DNA of 47,398 bases. Origin: Malacoraja senta (taxonomy: Eukaryota). Shown here in pieces: positions 1-11,530 of the stretch. The stretch's first letter is position 1, and each line of letters opens with the position of its first letter. The position numbers and the translations under genes are program-made. The stretch lies in the NCBI GenBank assembly GCA_038087875.1, contig JAXLNO010001809.1, forward strand, positions 1 to 47,398. The letters are read 5' to 3'. The notes beneath the pieces are model-generated. The model saw only the letters and a program-made list of their open reading frames with translations. It was not told the origin of the DNA and did no database searches.

Positions 1-230
1 CATTGCCGCTGACTGACCTGCACTGCCACTTGTCCTCTGAAGCAGCATCATGAGTCTAGTTCCACTCAGCTCACTCTCGTGTGTGCACTGTTTACACACT
101 CAGTCACTTGGGCCACTTGAGCTGATTTTGCTTTCAAACACTTATTGTGGAGGGTGATAACTTTGTGTCAGAATTGAAACTATCAGAGCCCGGAGATCAA
201 AGTCTTCAACTGCGTAGGAAGCAGTCATAA
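1..230 (-). repeat. Inverted near-identical copy of 39176-39406 (unidentified sequence)
   Basis: The reverse complement of 1-230 aligns to 39176-39406 with about 4 substitutions and 1 indel by eye. The match runs to the window edge. Confidence 0.9.
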
Positions 231-312
231 TATTGTCACCTCCACTATATTACAATTATCTTTGGTGCTGGATTTGATGGGAGAGGAGAGAGAGAAGCAG
301 GGAGGAGAGCGG

Positions 313-901
313 AGCCCCTTTACATTGGGGACCTGGGATGGAGAGTGTGGTGGCGTGTAATGAACTTTTGAGTCGGACCACGGGCTCGTCGGCCACCTGT
401 ATTTTCTGTGGTGAGGAGGAAACCGTGTTCCACGCGTATATGGAGTGTGAGAGGTTACTGCCCCTGTACCAATATCTGAAGGGGTTGTTCCTCAAGTTCT
501 GGTTGCATTTTAGTCCCATGATTCTAGTGTTTGGACACAAGGCAGGGAGTGAGGAGAGCCGATCGGGGGGTGGGACCTCCCTGTCGGTTTGCTCCTGGGC
601 CTGACCAAGATGGCCATTCGTGGGTCCAGGCAGTGGGCGGTCGATGGTCATGCTAGAGTCGGCTGTCTGCCCCTCTTCCGGGCCTACATACGTGCTCGCG
701 GGTCCCTGGAGAGGGAACACGTGGTGTCCTTGGGGACTCTGGATGCCTTCCGTGGGCGCTGGTCACCACATGGGGTTGAGAGTATCGTAAATAATGAATG
801 CATCATTGTACTACAATGATTATTTGATACATTGTAACTTCTGATTGTGTTTTTGATGTATCATGTGTGTGCTTAATAAAGTTTTTGAAAAGGAAAGAAA
901 A
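313..901 (+). mobile_element. Tx1-clade LINE, 5'-truncated 3' fragment
   Basis: C-terminal CCHC motif CIFCGEEETVFHAYMEC (ORF 338-604), a frameshifted continuation, AATAAA at 875-880 and an A-rich tail. Confidence 0.75.
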
Positions 902-2121
902 TGAGGAGAGAAGAGGAATGGAGGGGAGGGAAGAGGGGAGTGAAGGGGAGGGAGAGGAGAGGGGAAGGGTGAAGAGAGGGGAGAGGAGGGGAGAGCAGAG
1001 GAGACAATCTCTCACCTAGTCCAAATTGCAATTATTTTTGGTGCTGGTTTTGAGGGGAGAGAGAGGGGATGAGAGATAAGGGGAGAAGGGGTGCAGAGGA
1101 GCGGGTAGGAGGAGAGAGGAGAGGGGAGGGGAGAGAAGAGCAGAGGGGAGGGGAGGGGAGGGGCAAGAGGAGAGGTGAGGAGAGGGGGAGAAAGGAGATG
1201 AGAGAGGGAGGAAGCAGAGAGCAGGGGAGGAGAGGGGAAGAAAAGAGAGGAGATGTGGGGACGAGGGGAGAGGGGAGGGCAGGAGAGGAGAGAGAGGGAA
1301 GAGGAGAGTAGAGAACAATCTCTCACCTCCACTATATTATCTTTGGTGCTGGATTTGAAGGGAGGGGAGAGAGAAGCAGAGAGGGGAGAAGGGGTGAGTG
1401 GAGGAGTGAAGAGGGCAGAGGAGGGGAGGGGAGAGAGAAGAGGAAAGTAAAGGAGGAGAAATAAGGATGGGGAGGGGAGGAGAGTTGAGAGGAGGGGGTG
1501 AAGAGTAGGGGAGGGGATAGAAGAGTGGAAAGTATAGGAGTGGAGGGGGGTGGGGTGAGAGGAGAGAAGGGAGGTGAGGGAGGCAGAGTAGGGGAGAGGA
1601 GAGAGGAGGAGAAGGGGGGAGAGGGGAGAAGAGAAAGGAGGAGAGTAGAAGGTAGGAGGGAGGAGAGAAGAGGGAGGAGAGAAGATGGGGGGGGGGAGGG
1701 GGAGGAGAGGGTAGAAGAGAGGACATGGTAGAGGAGAGGGTAGAGGAGAGGAGAGAATGGCAGGAGAGGGGGAGAGAGGCGACAGGGAGAGGGAGTGTAG
1801 GGGTAGAGGAGAGGAGAGTAGGGGAGAATGTAGGCGAGGAGGGGATAATGGAGGGGAGGAGGGTAGTGGAGGTGAGAGGAGAGTGAAGAGGGGAGATGTG
1901 AGGAGTGGAGGAGGGGAGAAGAGAGGTGGTTTGGAGAGGAGAGGAGGGGATGATGGAAGGAGAGAGGAGGGGAGATGGGAGGGAAGAGGAGAGTGGATGA
2001 GGGGAGTTTAGAAGAGACGAGAGGGGAGGGGAGGAGAGGATGTGTGGAGAGGTGAAGGGAGGATGGGAAAGAGGAGAGGTATGTAAAGGAGAGGAGAAGT
2101 AAGGATGGAGAGGGGAGGAGA
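902..2121. repeat. Polypurine (GA-rich) low-complexity array with a recurring unique unit
   Basis: Almost pure G/A on the + strand. The unit tctcacct..attat(c/t)tttggtgctgg(a/t)tttga occurs at about 236-277, 1008-1053 and 1320-1358. The ORFs here are compositional artefacts. Confidence 0.9.
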
Positions 2122-3765
2122 GGCCGATAAATCCCCAAGGCCAGATAGGCTGCATCCCAGAGTACTTAAGTAAGTAGCCCCAGAAATAGTGGATGCATTA
2201 GTGATAATTTTTCAAAACTCTTTAGATTCTGGAGTAGTTCCTGAGGATTGGAGGGTAGCTAATGTAACCCCACTTTTTAAAAAGGGAGAGAGAAAACGGG
2301 GAATTACAGACCAGTTAGTGGGGAAACTGCTAGAGTCAGTTATTAAAGATGGGATAGCAGCACATTTGAAAAGTGGTCAAATCATTGGACAAAGTCAGCA
2401 TGCATTTATGAAAGGTAAATCATGTCTGACGAATCTTATAGAATTTTTCGAGGATGCAACTAGTAGAGTGGATCAGGGAGAACCAGTGGATGTGTTATAT
2501 CTGGACTTTCAGAAGGCTTTCGACAAGGTTCCACATAAGAGATTAGTATGCTAACTTAAAGCACACGGTATTGGGTGTTCAGTATTGATGTGGATAGAGA
2601 ACTGGCTGGCAGACAGGAAGCAAAGAGTAGGAGGAAACGGGTCCTTTTCAGAATGGCAGGCAGTGACTAGTGAGGTACACAAAAATGCTGGAGAAACTCA
2701 GCGGGTGCAGCAGCATCTATGGAGCGATGGAAATAGGTAACGTTTCGGGCCGAAACCCTTCTTCAGTGACTAGTGAGGTGCTGTGTGCTGGGACCCCAGC
2801 TATTTACAATATATATTAATGATCTGGATGAGGGAATTGAATGCAACATCTCCAAGTTTGCGGATGACATGAAGCTGGGGGGCAGTGTTAGCTGTGAGGA
2901 AGATGCTAGGAGGCTGAAAGGTGACTTGGATAGGTTGGGTGAGTGGGCAAATGCATGGCAGATGCAGTATAATGTGGATAAATTTGAGGTTATCCACTTT
3001 GGTGGCCAAAACAGGAAAGTAGACTATTATCTGAATGGTGGCCGATTAGGAAAAGGGGAGATGCAACGAGACCCGGGTGTCATGGTACACCAGTCATTGA
3101 AAGTAGGCATGCAGGTGCAGCAGGCAGTGAAGAAAGCAAATGGTATGTTAGCATTCATAGCAAAATAATTTGAGTATAAGAGCAGGGAGGTTCTACTGCA
3201 GTTGTACAGGGTCTTGGTGAGACCACACCTGGAGTATTGCGTACAGTTTTGCTCGCCTAATCTGAGGAAAGACATTCTTGCCAAAGAGGGAGTACAGAGA
3301 AGGTTCACCAGACTGATTCCTGGGATGGCAGGACTTTCATATGAAGAAAGACTGGATAGACTCGGCTTGTACTCGCTAGAATTTAGAAGATTGAGGGCGG
3401 ATCTTATAGAAACGTACAAAATTCTTAAGGGGTTGGACAGGCTAGATGCAGGAAGATTGTTCGCGATGTTGGGGAAGTCCAGAACAACGGGTCACAGTTT
3501 AAGGATAAGGGGGAAGTCTTTTGTGACCGAGATGAGAAAACATTTTTCACACAGAGTGGTGAATCTGTGGAATTCTCTGCCACAGAAGGTAGTTGAGGCC
3601 AGTTCATAGGCTATATTTAAGAGGGAGTTAGATGTGGCCCTTGTGGCTAAAGGGATCAGGGGGTATGGAGAGAAGGCAGGTACAGGATACTGAGTTGGAT
3701 ACTGAGCCATGATAGGAGGCTCGAAGGGCCGAATGGCCTACTCCTGCACCTATTTTCTATGTTTC
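2122..3765 (+). mobile_element. CR1-clade LINE (HER1-like family), 5'-truncated and degenerate
   Basis: RT motifs LDFQKAFDKVPH and FADD (ORFs 2189-2554, 2773-3168, 3202-3609). The 3' end is cctactcctgcacctattttctatgtttct. Confidence 0.85.
2675..2766 (-). mobile_element. Penelope-like element terminal fragment inserted in the CR1
   Basis: Near-identical to the reverse complement of 18903-18996. Flanked by duplicated cagtgactagtgaggt at 2661-2676 and 2764-2779. Confidence 0.75.
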
Positions 3766-4128
3766 TCTGTAACTTAGTTGCTGAAACCCAGGCAACATTC
3801 TAGTAAATCTCCTCTATACTCTCTCTATTTTGTTGACATCTTTCCTATAATTTGGCGAACAAAATTGTACACCATACTCCAGAATTGGCCTCACCAATGC
3901 CTTGTACAATTTTAACATTACATCCCAACTTCTATACTCAACGCTCTGATTTATAAAGGTCAGCACACCAAAAGCTTTCTTTACCACCCTATCTATATGA
4001 GATTCCACCTTCAGGGAACTATGCACAGTTATTCCTAGATCCCTATGTTCAACTACATTCCTCAATACGCTACCTTTTACCATGTAATTCGCTACCATTT
4101 ACCATGTAATTCGCTTCCATTTACCATG
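3766..4128 (-). mobile_element. CR1-clade LINE fragment (second family, same as 5978-9080)
   Basis: ORF 3814-4098 (VESHIDRVVKKAFG...) matches the copies at 6088-7692 and 36718-38631. It ends in a short ~22-bp tandem triplication. Confidence 0.85.
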
Positions 4129-4171
4129 TGTATATATATACACACATATATATATATCCACACATATATAT
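4129..4171. repeat. (TA)n/(CA)n microsatellite
   Basis: tgtatatatatacacacatatatatatatccacacatatata. Confidence 0.9.
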
Positions 4172-5302
4172 CCACTTCACAGTTCACACTGCCACCCAGT
4201 TTTGTGTCATCCGCAAACTCGCTAGTGTTGCTCCTAATTCCCTCTTCCAAATCATTAATATATATGGTAAACAGTTGCGGCTCCAACACCGAGCCTTGCA
4301 GCACTCCACTCGCCACTGCCTGCTAATCTGAAAAGGACCCGTTCACTCCTACTCTTTGCGTCCGGTCTGCCAACTAATTTTCTATCCATGTCAACACCCT
4401 ACCCCCAACACCATGTGCTCTAATTTGAGTCACCAGTCTCTCGTGCGGGACCTTATTAAAGGCTTTCTGAAAGTCTAGATACACTACATCCACTGGCACC
4501 CCTTCATCCATTTTACTTGTCACATCCTCTAATCTATCCTGCCAAAGCACTGCTGTAATATCTTCCTTGACAAGCAATGCAACACCCCCACCTCTTGCCC
4601 CTCCAATTCTATTTGTCACATCCTCAAAAAACTCCAGAAGATTAGTCAAGCATGATTTCCCTTTCATAAATCCTTGTTGACTTGGACTAATCCTTTTACT
4701 GCTATCCAAATGTCACCACCGAAGTCAGGCTAATTGGTCTGTAATTCCCCGTTTTCTCTCTCACTCCTTTCTTGAAAAGTGGGATAACATTAGCTATCCT
4801 CCAATCCACAGCAACTGATCCTGAATCTATTAAACATTGGAAAATGATCACCAATGCATCCACTATTTCTAGAGCCACCTCCCTGAGGACCCTGGGATGC
4901 AGACCATCAGGCCCAGGGGATTTATCATCCTTCAGTCCCATTAGCCTACCCAATACTATTTCTCGCTTAATGAAAATTTCTTTCAGTTCCTCTACCCCCT
5001 TAGATTCTCTGTCCTTCAGTACATCTGGGAGATTGTTTGTCTCTTCCTTAGTGAAGACAGATCCAAAGTACCTATTCAACTCTTCTGCCATTTCCTTGTT
5101 GCCCATAATAATTTCACCTGTGTCTGCCTTTAAGGGACCCACATTTGACTTTGCAACTCTTTTTCCCTTAACATATTTAAAGAAGCTTTTACTGTCCTTC
5201 TTTACATTCCTGGCCAGCTTCCCTTCGTACTTCATCTTTTCAGCCCGTATTGCCCGTTTTGTTTCCTTCTGTTGTCCTATGAAAGTTTCCCAATCCTCTG
5301 GC
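4172..5302 (-). mobile_element. CR1-clade LINE (HER1-like) internal fragment
   Basis: Motifs KSPGPDGLHPRVL, YLDFQKAF and FADD on the - strand. Closely similar to 34600-35628. Confidence 0.85.
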
Positions 5303-5966
5303 ATCTGCTCCAGAAAAGCAGACATGGGCGGTGCCCGTCCATCAGGGCTAACATCTTCGCCATGATGGTGGATGGCCGCCGGTCGCCGACACTGTCCATG
5401 TGCAGCAGCTTCGCTGCCCTGTCTCTGTGGCTGAGACCATAAGCGTGGAGCAGCAGGGCCGTCAGCCCTTCGTATTTGGCGATGGACGGCGGGTCCCTGA
5501 TGTAGGGCAACAACCTCGAGGCACAGTCCTGCGGCAAAGCCCCCACCACATGGAAATACATTGTGTCGTCCGCTACGATGCGATGGAGGTGAAACTGTCC
5601 CTAAACGTGGGCGAACCACACCTGAGGTTGGTTAGGCCAAAACGCTGGCAATTTGAAAGACGGTGAGCCCTGATTCTGCGGGAACGTTGTCTTCCTGCAT
5701 AATTCTCTTGTCTAACGACGGGTAGACAGGTCGGGGTTACCAATTTGGCGGTTACAAGAACGACAACTGAACAAAATTAACTTTTCAGTAAACAGGTTCT
5801 CTGGACATGTCTGGCCACATCGGTGGTCAGTGCTGAACTAGCGCGCGAGAGCAAAACCGCGCGAAAACAAGCAGCCCCTCCCGAGGCACGTGACCGCGGC
5901 TTCCGAACGCCGGGTTCGATACCTGTGTGCGCCAGTAGGCGCCACTATAATGTGTTCTTTCCAACA
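5303..5966 (-). mobile_element. Gypsy-type LTR retrotransposon 5' fragment: LTR (~5743-5966), tRNA-Trp-like PBS (5730-5742), start of gag
   Basis: The - strand reads TGTTGG... at the LTR start, then TGGTAACCCCGAC (one mismatch to the tRNA-Trp PBS TGGTGACCCCGAC). Gag-like KLPAFWPNQPQVWFAHV*GQFHLHRIVADDTMYFHVVGALP follows, with a stop and a frameshift. Confidence 0.75.
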
Positions 5967-5977
5967 TCTGACGGCAT

Positions 5978-8900
5978 TATAACCATATAACCATAACAGC
6001 ACGGAAACAGGCCATCTCGGCCCTTCAAGTCCGTGCCGAACATTTTTTTTAAATTTTTTTAAAAAAATTAAAAATAAATATTTCCCCCTAGTCCCATCTA
6101 CCTGCACTCAGACCAAAACCCTCCATTCCTTTCCCGTCCATATACCCATCCAATCTATTTTTAAAGGATAACATCGAACCTGCCTCCACCACTTCCACTG
6201 GAAGCTCATTCCACACAGCTATTCCACACTTCTGTTCCTTAATTCTCAAGCCATGTCCCCTTGTTTGAATCTTCCCTACTCTCAATGGGAAAAGCTTATC
6301 CACGTCCACTCTGTCTAACCCGCTCATAATTTTAAAGACCTCTATTAAGTCCACTCTTAACCTTCTGCGCTCCAAAGAATAAAGACCTAACTTGTTCAAC
6401 CTTTCTCTGTAACTTAGTTGCTGAAACCCAGGCAACATTCTAGTAAATCTCCTCTGTAGTCTCTCTATTTTGTTGACATCCTTCCTATAATTAGGCGACC
6501 AAAATTGTACTCCATACTCCAGAATTGGCCTCACGAATGCCTTGTACAATTTTAACATTACATCCCAACTTCTATATTCAATGCTCTGATTTATAAAGGC
6601 CAGCACACCAAAAGCTTTCTTTACCACCCTATCTACATGAGATTCCACCTTCAGGGAACTATGCACAGTTATTCCTGGATCCCTCTGTTCAACTGCATTC
6701 CTCAATTCGCTACCATTTACCGTGTACGTCCTATTTTGATTTGTCCTGCCGAGATGTAGCACCTCACATTTGTCAGCATTAAACTCCATCTGCCATCTTT
6801 CAGCCCACTCTTCCAAATGGCCTAAATCTCTCTGTAGACTTTGAAAATCTACTTCATTATCCACAACACCACCTATCTTAGTATCATCTGCATACTTACT
6901 AATCCAATTTTCCACACCATCATCCAGATCATTGATGTACATGACAAACAACAGTGGACCCAACACAGACCCCTGAGGCACCCCACTAGTCACCGGCCTC
7001 CAACCTGACAAATAGCCATCCACCATTACTCTCTGGCATCTCCCATTCAGCCACTGTCGAATCCATCTTGCTACTCCACCATTAATACCCAACAATTGAA
7101 TCTTCTTAACCAACCTTCCATGAGGAACCTTGTCAAAGGCCTTACTGAAGTCCATATAGACAACATCCACTGCTTTACCCTCATCAATTTCCCTAGTAAC
7201 CTCTTCGAAAAATTCAAGAAGATTAGTCAAGCATGACCTTCCAGGCACAAATCCATGTTGACTGTTCCTAATCAGACCCTGCTTATCCAGATGCTTATAT
7301 ATATTATCTTTAAGTATCCTTCCCATTAATTTGCCCACCACTGACGTCAAACTAACAGGTCTATAATTGCTAGGTTTACTCTTCGAACCCTTTTTAAACA
7401 ACGGAACAACATGCGCAGTACGCCAATCCTCCGGCACTATTCCCGTTTCTAATGACATTTGAAATATTTCTGTCATAGCCCCTGCTATTTCTACACTAAC
7501 TTCCCTCAATGTCCTAGGGAATATCCTGTCAGGACCTGGAGACTTATCCGTTTTCATATTTTTCAAAAGTGCCCGCACCTCCTCTTCTTTGAATCTCACA
7601 GTTTCTCTGCTTGTTTCCCTTACCTCACATAATTCCATATCCTTCTCCTTCGTGAATACCGAAGAAAAGAAATTGTTCAATATCTCCCCCATCTCTTTTG
7701 GCTCTGCAGATGACTCTCTAATGGACCAATTTTATTCCTTGTTATCCTTTTGCTATTAATATAGCTGTAGAAACCCTTTGGATTTACTTTCACCTTTGGA
7801 TTTACTTTCACCTTACTTGCCAAAGCAACCTCATATCTTCTTTTAGCTTTTCTAATTTCTTTCTTAATATTCTTTTTACATTCTTTATACTCCTCAAGCA
7901 CCTCATTTACTCCATGCTGCCTATAATTATTGTAGATTTCTCTCTTTTTCCGAACCAAGTGTCCAATTTCCCTTGAAAACCACGGCTCTTTCCATTTTTT
8001 ACTATTTCCTTTCAACCGAACAGGGACATAAAGATTCTGTACTCTTAAAATGTCACGCTTAAATGTTCTCCATTTTTCTTCTACATCCTTCCCATAAAAC
8101 AACATGTCCCAATTCACTCCTTTTAAATCCTTTCGCATCTCCTCAAAGTTAGCCTTTCTCCAAACAAAAATCTCAACCCTAGGTCCAGTTCTGACCCTCT
8201 CCATAATTATATTGAAACTAATGGTATTGTGATCACTGGACCCGAAGTGCTCCCCGACGCATACCTCCGCCACCTGCCCTGTCTCATTTCCTAACAGGAG
8301 GTCCAGCACTGCCCCTTCTCTAGTAGGTACCTCTATGTATTGCTGCAAAAAACTATCTTGCACACATTTTACAAACTCCAAACCATCCAGCCCTTTTACA
8401 GAATGTGTTTCCCAGTCTATGTGTGGAAAATTGAAATCTCCCACAATCACTACCTTGTGCTTACTACTAATATCTGCTATCTCCTTACATATTTGCTCTT
8501 CCAATTCTCGCTCCCCATTTGGCGGTCTATAATACACCCCTATAAGTGTTGCTACCCCTTTCCCATTTCTCAGTTCCACCCAAATAGCCTCCCTAGACGA
8601 GCACTCTAATCTATCCTGCCAAAGCACTGCTGTAATAGCTTCCTTGACAAGCAATGCAACACCCCCACCTCTTGCCCCTCCAATTCTATCACCCCTAAAG
8701 CAACGAAATCCTGGAATATTTATTTGCCAATCACAGCCCTCCTGCAACCATGTTTCACTGATCGCCACAACATCATACTTCCAGGTGTCAATCCAGGCTC
8801 TAAGCTCATCCACCTTTCTTACAATGCTCCTAGCATTAAAATATACACATTTAAGAAACCCTCCACCACTTATTCTCTGTTTATTATCTTTTTCTTCTTT

Positions 8901-9080
8901 CTCCCCTACATTTTGGGTCCGAGTGCTTCCCTTCTCTGCCTCCTGCCTCCCACATTTTCCACTAGGTTTCTCTATTTGTGTCCCTTCCCCCAACCGTTCT
9001 AGTTTAAAGTCTCCCCAGTAGCCTTTGCAAATCGCCCCGCCAGGATATTGGTCCCCCTCGGGTTCAAGTGCAACCCTTCC
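5978..9080 (-). mobile_element. CR1-clade LINE, near-complete EN+RT ORF split by a frameshift
   Basis: APE endonuclease (YFNARS, SETW, GDFN, SDH; ORF 7677-8993) and RT (YADD; ORF 6088-7692). It has a (GGTTATAT)n tail, an 18-bp tandem duplication (KVKVNP x2) and a 13-bp deletion near 7710 relative to 28070-28090. Confidence 0.92.
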
Positions 9081-10285
9081 ACACAGCTACCACTCTCTGA
9101 GTAAAGAAGTTCCCCCTAATGTTACCCCTAAACTTCTGTCCCTTACTTCTCAAGTCATGTCCCCTTGTTTGAATCTTCCCTACTCTCAATGGGAAAAGCT
9201 TATCCACGTCAACTCTGTCTAACCCGCTCATCATTTTAAAGACCTCTATCAAGTCCCCCCTTAACCTTCTGCGCTCCAAAGAATAAAGACCAAACTTGTT
9301 CAACCTTTCTCTGTAACTTAGTTGCTGAAACCCAGGCAACATTCTAGTAAATCTCCTCTGTACTCTCTCTATTTTGTTGACATCCTTCCTATAATTAGGC
9401 GACCAAAATTGTACTCCATACTCCAGAATTGGCCTCACCAATGCCTTGTACAATTTTAACATTACATCCCAACTTCTATATTCAATGCTCTGATTTATAA
9501 AGGCCAGCACACCAAAAGCTTTCTTTACCACCCTATCTACAGTACATGAGATTCCACCTTCAGGGAACTATGCACAGTTATTCCTAGATCCCTCTGTTCA
9601 ACTGCATTACTCAATTCGCTACCATTTACCATGTACGTCCTATTTTGATTTGTCCTGCCGAGATGCAGCACCTCACATCTATCAGCATTAAACTCCATCT
9701 GCCATCTTTCAGCCCACTCTTCCAAATGGCCTAAATCTCTCTGTAGACTTTGAAAATCGACTTCATTATCCAAAACACCACCTATCTTAGTATCATCTGC
9801 ATACTTACTAATCCAATTTTCCACACCATCATCCAGATCATTGATGTAAATGACAAACAACAGTGGACCCAACACAGACCCCTGAGGCACCCCACTAGTC
9901 ACTGGCCTCCAACCTGACAAACAGCCATCCACCATTACTCTCTGGCATCTCCCATTCAGCTACTGTTGAATCCATCTTGCTACTCCACCATTAATACCCA
10001 ACAATTGAATCTTCTTAACCAACATTCCATGAGGAACCTTGTCAAAGGCCTTACTGAAGTCCATATAGACAACATCCACTGCTTTACCCTCATCAATTTC
10101 CCTAGTAACCTCTTTCAAAAATTCAAGAAGATTAGTCAAACATGACCTTCCAGGCACAAATCCATGTTGACTTCCTAATCAGACTCTGCTTATCCAGATG
10201 CTTATATATATTATCTCTAAGTATCCTTTCCATTAATTTGCCCACCACTAACGTCAAACTAACAGGTCTATAATTGCTAGGTTTA
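9077..10285 (-). mobile_element. Second CR1 copy (RT part) joined head-to-tail to the previous copy
   Basis: ORFs 9064-9531, 9537-9935 and 9960-10157 are near-identical to 26378-27720. The junction is at ttcc/acacagct, about 9077-9081. Confidence 0.9.
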
Positions 10286-11330
10286 TAATTGCATTGCTCT
10301 CACAAGAAGAAGCCCTGCTGCTTGCAGCAGCCCTCATGCTTAAAGATCAGCAAGACAGAAGGACAAGAAGAATGGGGAAGAGGAAGCCCAAGAAGAGGTG
10401 TGCGTGGTTGAAGCCCTTGTCCCTGTAGAGACCCAGGTTGGGCCAGTATGACAACCTGACGATTGAGCTCCAGCAAGAAGATGAGGATGCCTTCAGAAAC
10501 TTCACCAGGCTTCCCCCAGAGCTGTTTCAGGAGCTGAAGACATTGGGTGGGCCCTATCCTGGAGAAAAAGGAGACCCACGGAGGAGTCACTGTCGTAGCC
10601 TGATGTAGCTAGTCACGTCAACTGTTGCCGATGGTCGCCAGCTGTCGTAGTGTGAGTCTCCATTTTCTCATACATCGGTTGTTTCGACAATAATCGACCG
10701 GACACCTGGGTTGGTTTAAATGTACGTTTATTCAGCAGGAGTCTTTACACAGGTTAGCAACCTAGCAAAGAGTCAAGCTCAATGCCTTTATTCGTAATGC
10801 CTTATATACTTTAAGGCTACGGTTTATGCCTCCCATATTACTGAAACAAAGCAACAGACACGTACGCAATGGTCAGGATAACAGGCACGTACATATTGGG
10901 AGGTGTTATTTAGTGGAACAATACTAGAGATAAGACAGGTACATTCCTCAGACTTCTGGGCGCGGCGGTTTGTATATTCCTCAGACTTCTGAGAGCCAGC
11001 CATCTCAGTCAGATGGGTGCGGGTAATACCATAGTCGCGAATATGCAGTAACAGCAGGACAATGTGTATTTCTCCTGACCACAACTTCTTGAAACCGGCA
11101 GCTACATATTAAGCAACTTTGGTCAGCAGACATTTTATGTTTTAATCCAGTCCACCTGGCCAAACCATTTTACCTTCACAGAACAATCTTACAGCGTTTA
11201 TTCAAGATTTACATTCACAGTAACATGTTGCCAGTAAGGTCGTAGCTTGTTGTCGGTATGGTCATACATTGTCGTAGATTGTCGCCGATATAGGTGTAGA
11301 TGGACTTCATTCATAGCATCACGACTGGCT
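10286..11330 (+). mobile_element. PIF/Harbinger-type DNA transposon relic (transposase N-terminus), interrupted by an LTR
   Basis: The + frame 10321-10580 reads RRMGKRKPKKRCAWLKPLSL*RPRLGQYDNLTIELQQEDEDAFRNFTRLPPELFQEL, then after a frameshift VGPILEKKET. This is typical of a Harbinger transposase N-terminus. The flanks are rich in gtcgtag subrepeats. Confidence 0.65.
10680..11193 (-). mobile_element. Probable solo LTR
   Basis: TGT...ACA termini, 514 bp. The - strand has TATATAAG (10801-10808) followed by AATAAA (10787-10792, 10727-10732), and there is an internal 34-bp-spaced direct repeat. No clean TSD. Confidence 0.55.
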
Positions 11331-11334
11331 GTTG

Positions 11335-11530
11335 TAGCTTGACTTCTGTGCTCTATCTACCTCATTGGAGACCCTCGGACTATCTTTGATCAGAATTTAC
11401 TGGTTTTATCTTGCACTGAACTTTATTCATGTTATTCCCTTCATCATGTTTCTGCTCACTGTGCTCGATTGTAATCATATATTGTCCGTCTGTTGTCTGG
11501 TTAACATGCAACTAAAGCTTTTCACTGTAC
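11335..11530 (+). mobile_element. 3' end of an interspersed repeat (probably Rex/Babar-type LINE)
   Basis: Ends aaagcttttcactgtacctcggtacatgtgacaataaa, a terminus I recognise as common in elasmobranch genomes. No coding motif. Confidence 0.4.

Noticed and set aside
1012-2155. Long Pro/Ser/Leu-rich and Gly/Arg/Glu-rich ORFs on both strands
   Set aside because: These are translations of the GA-rich low-complexity tract, which lacks stop codons for compositional reasons.
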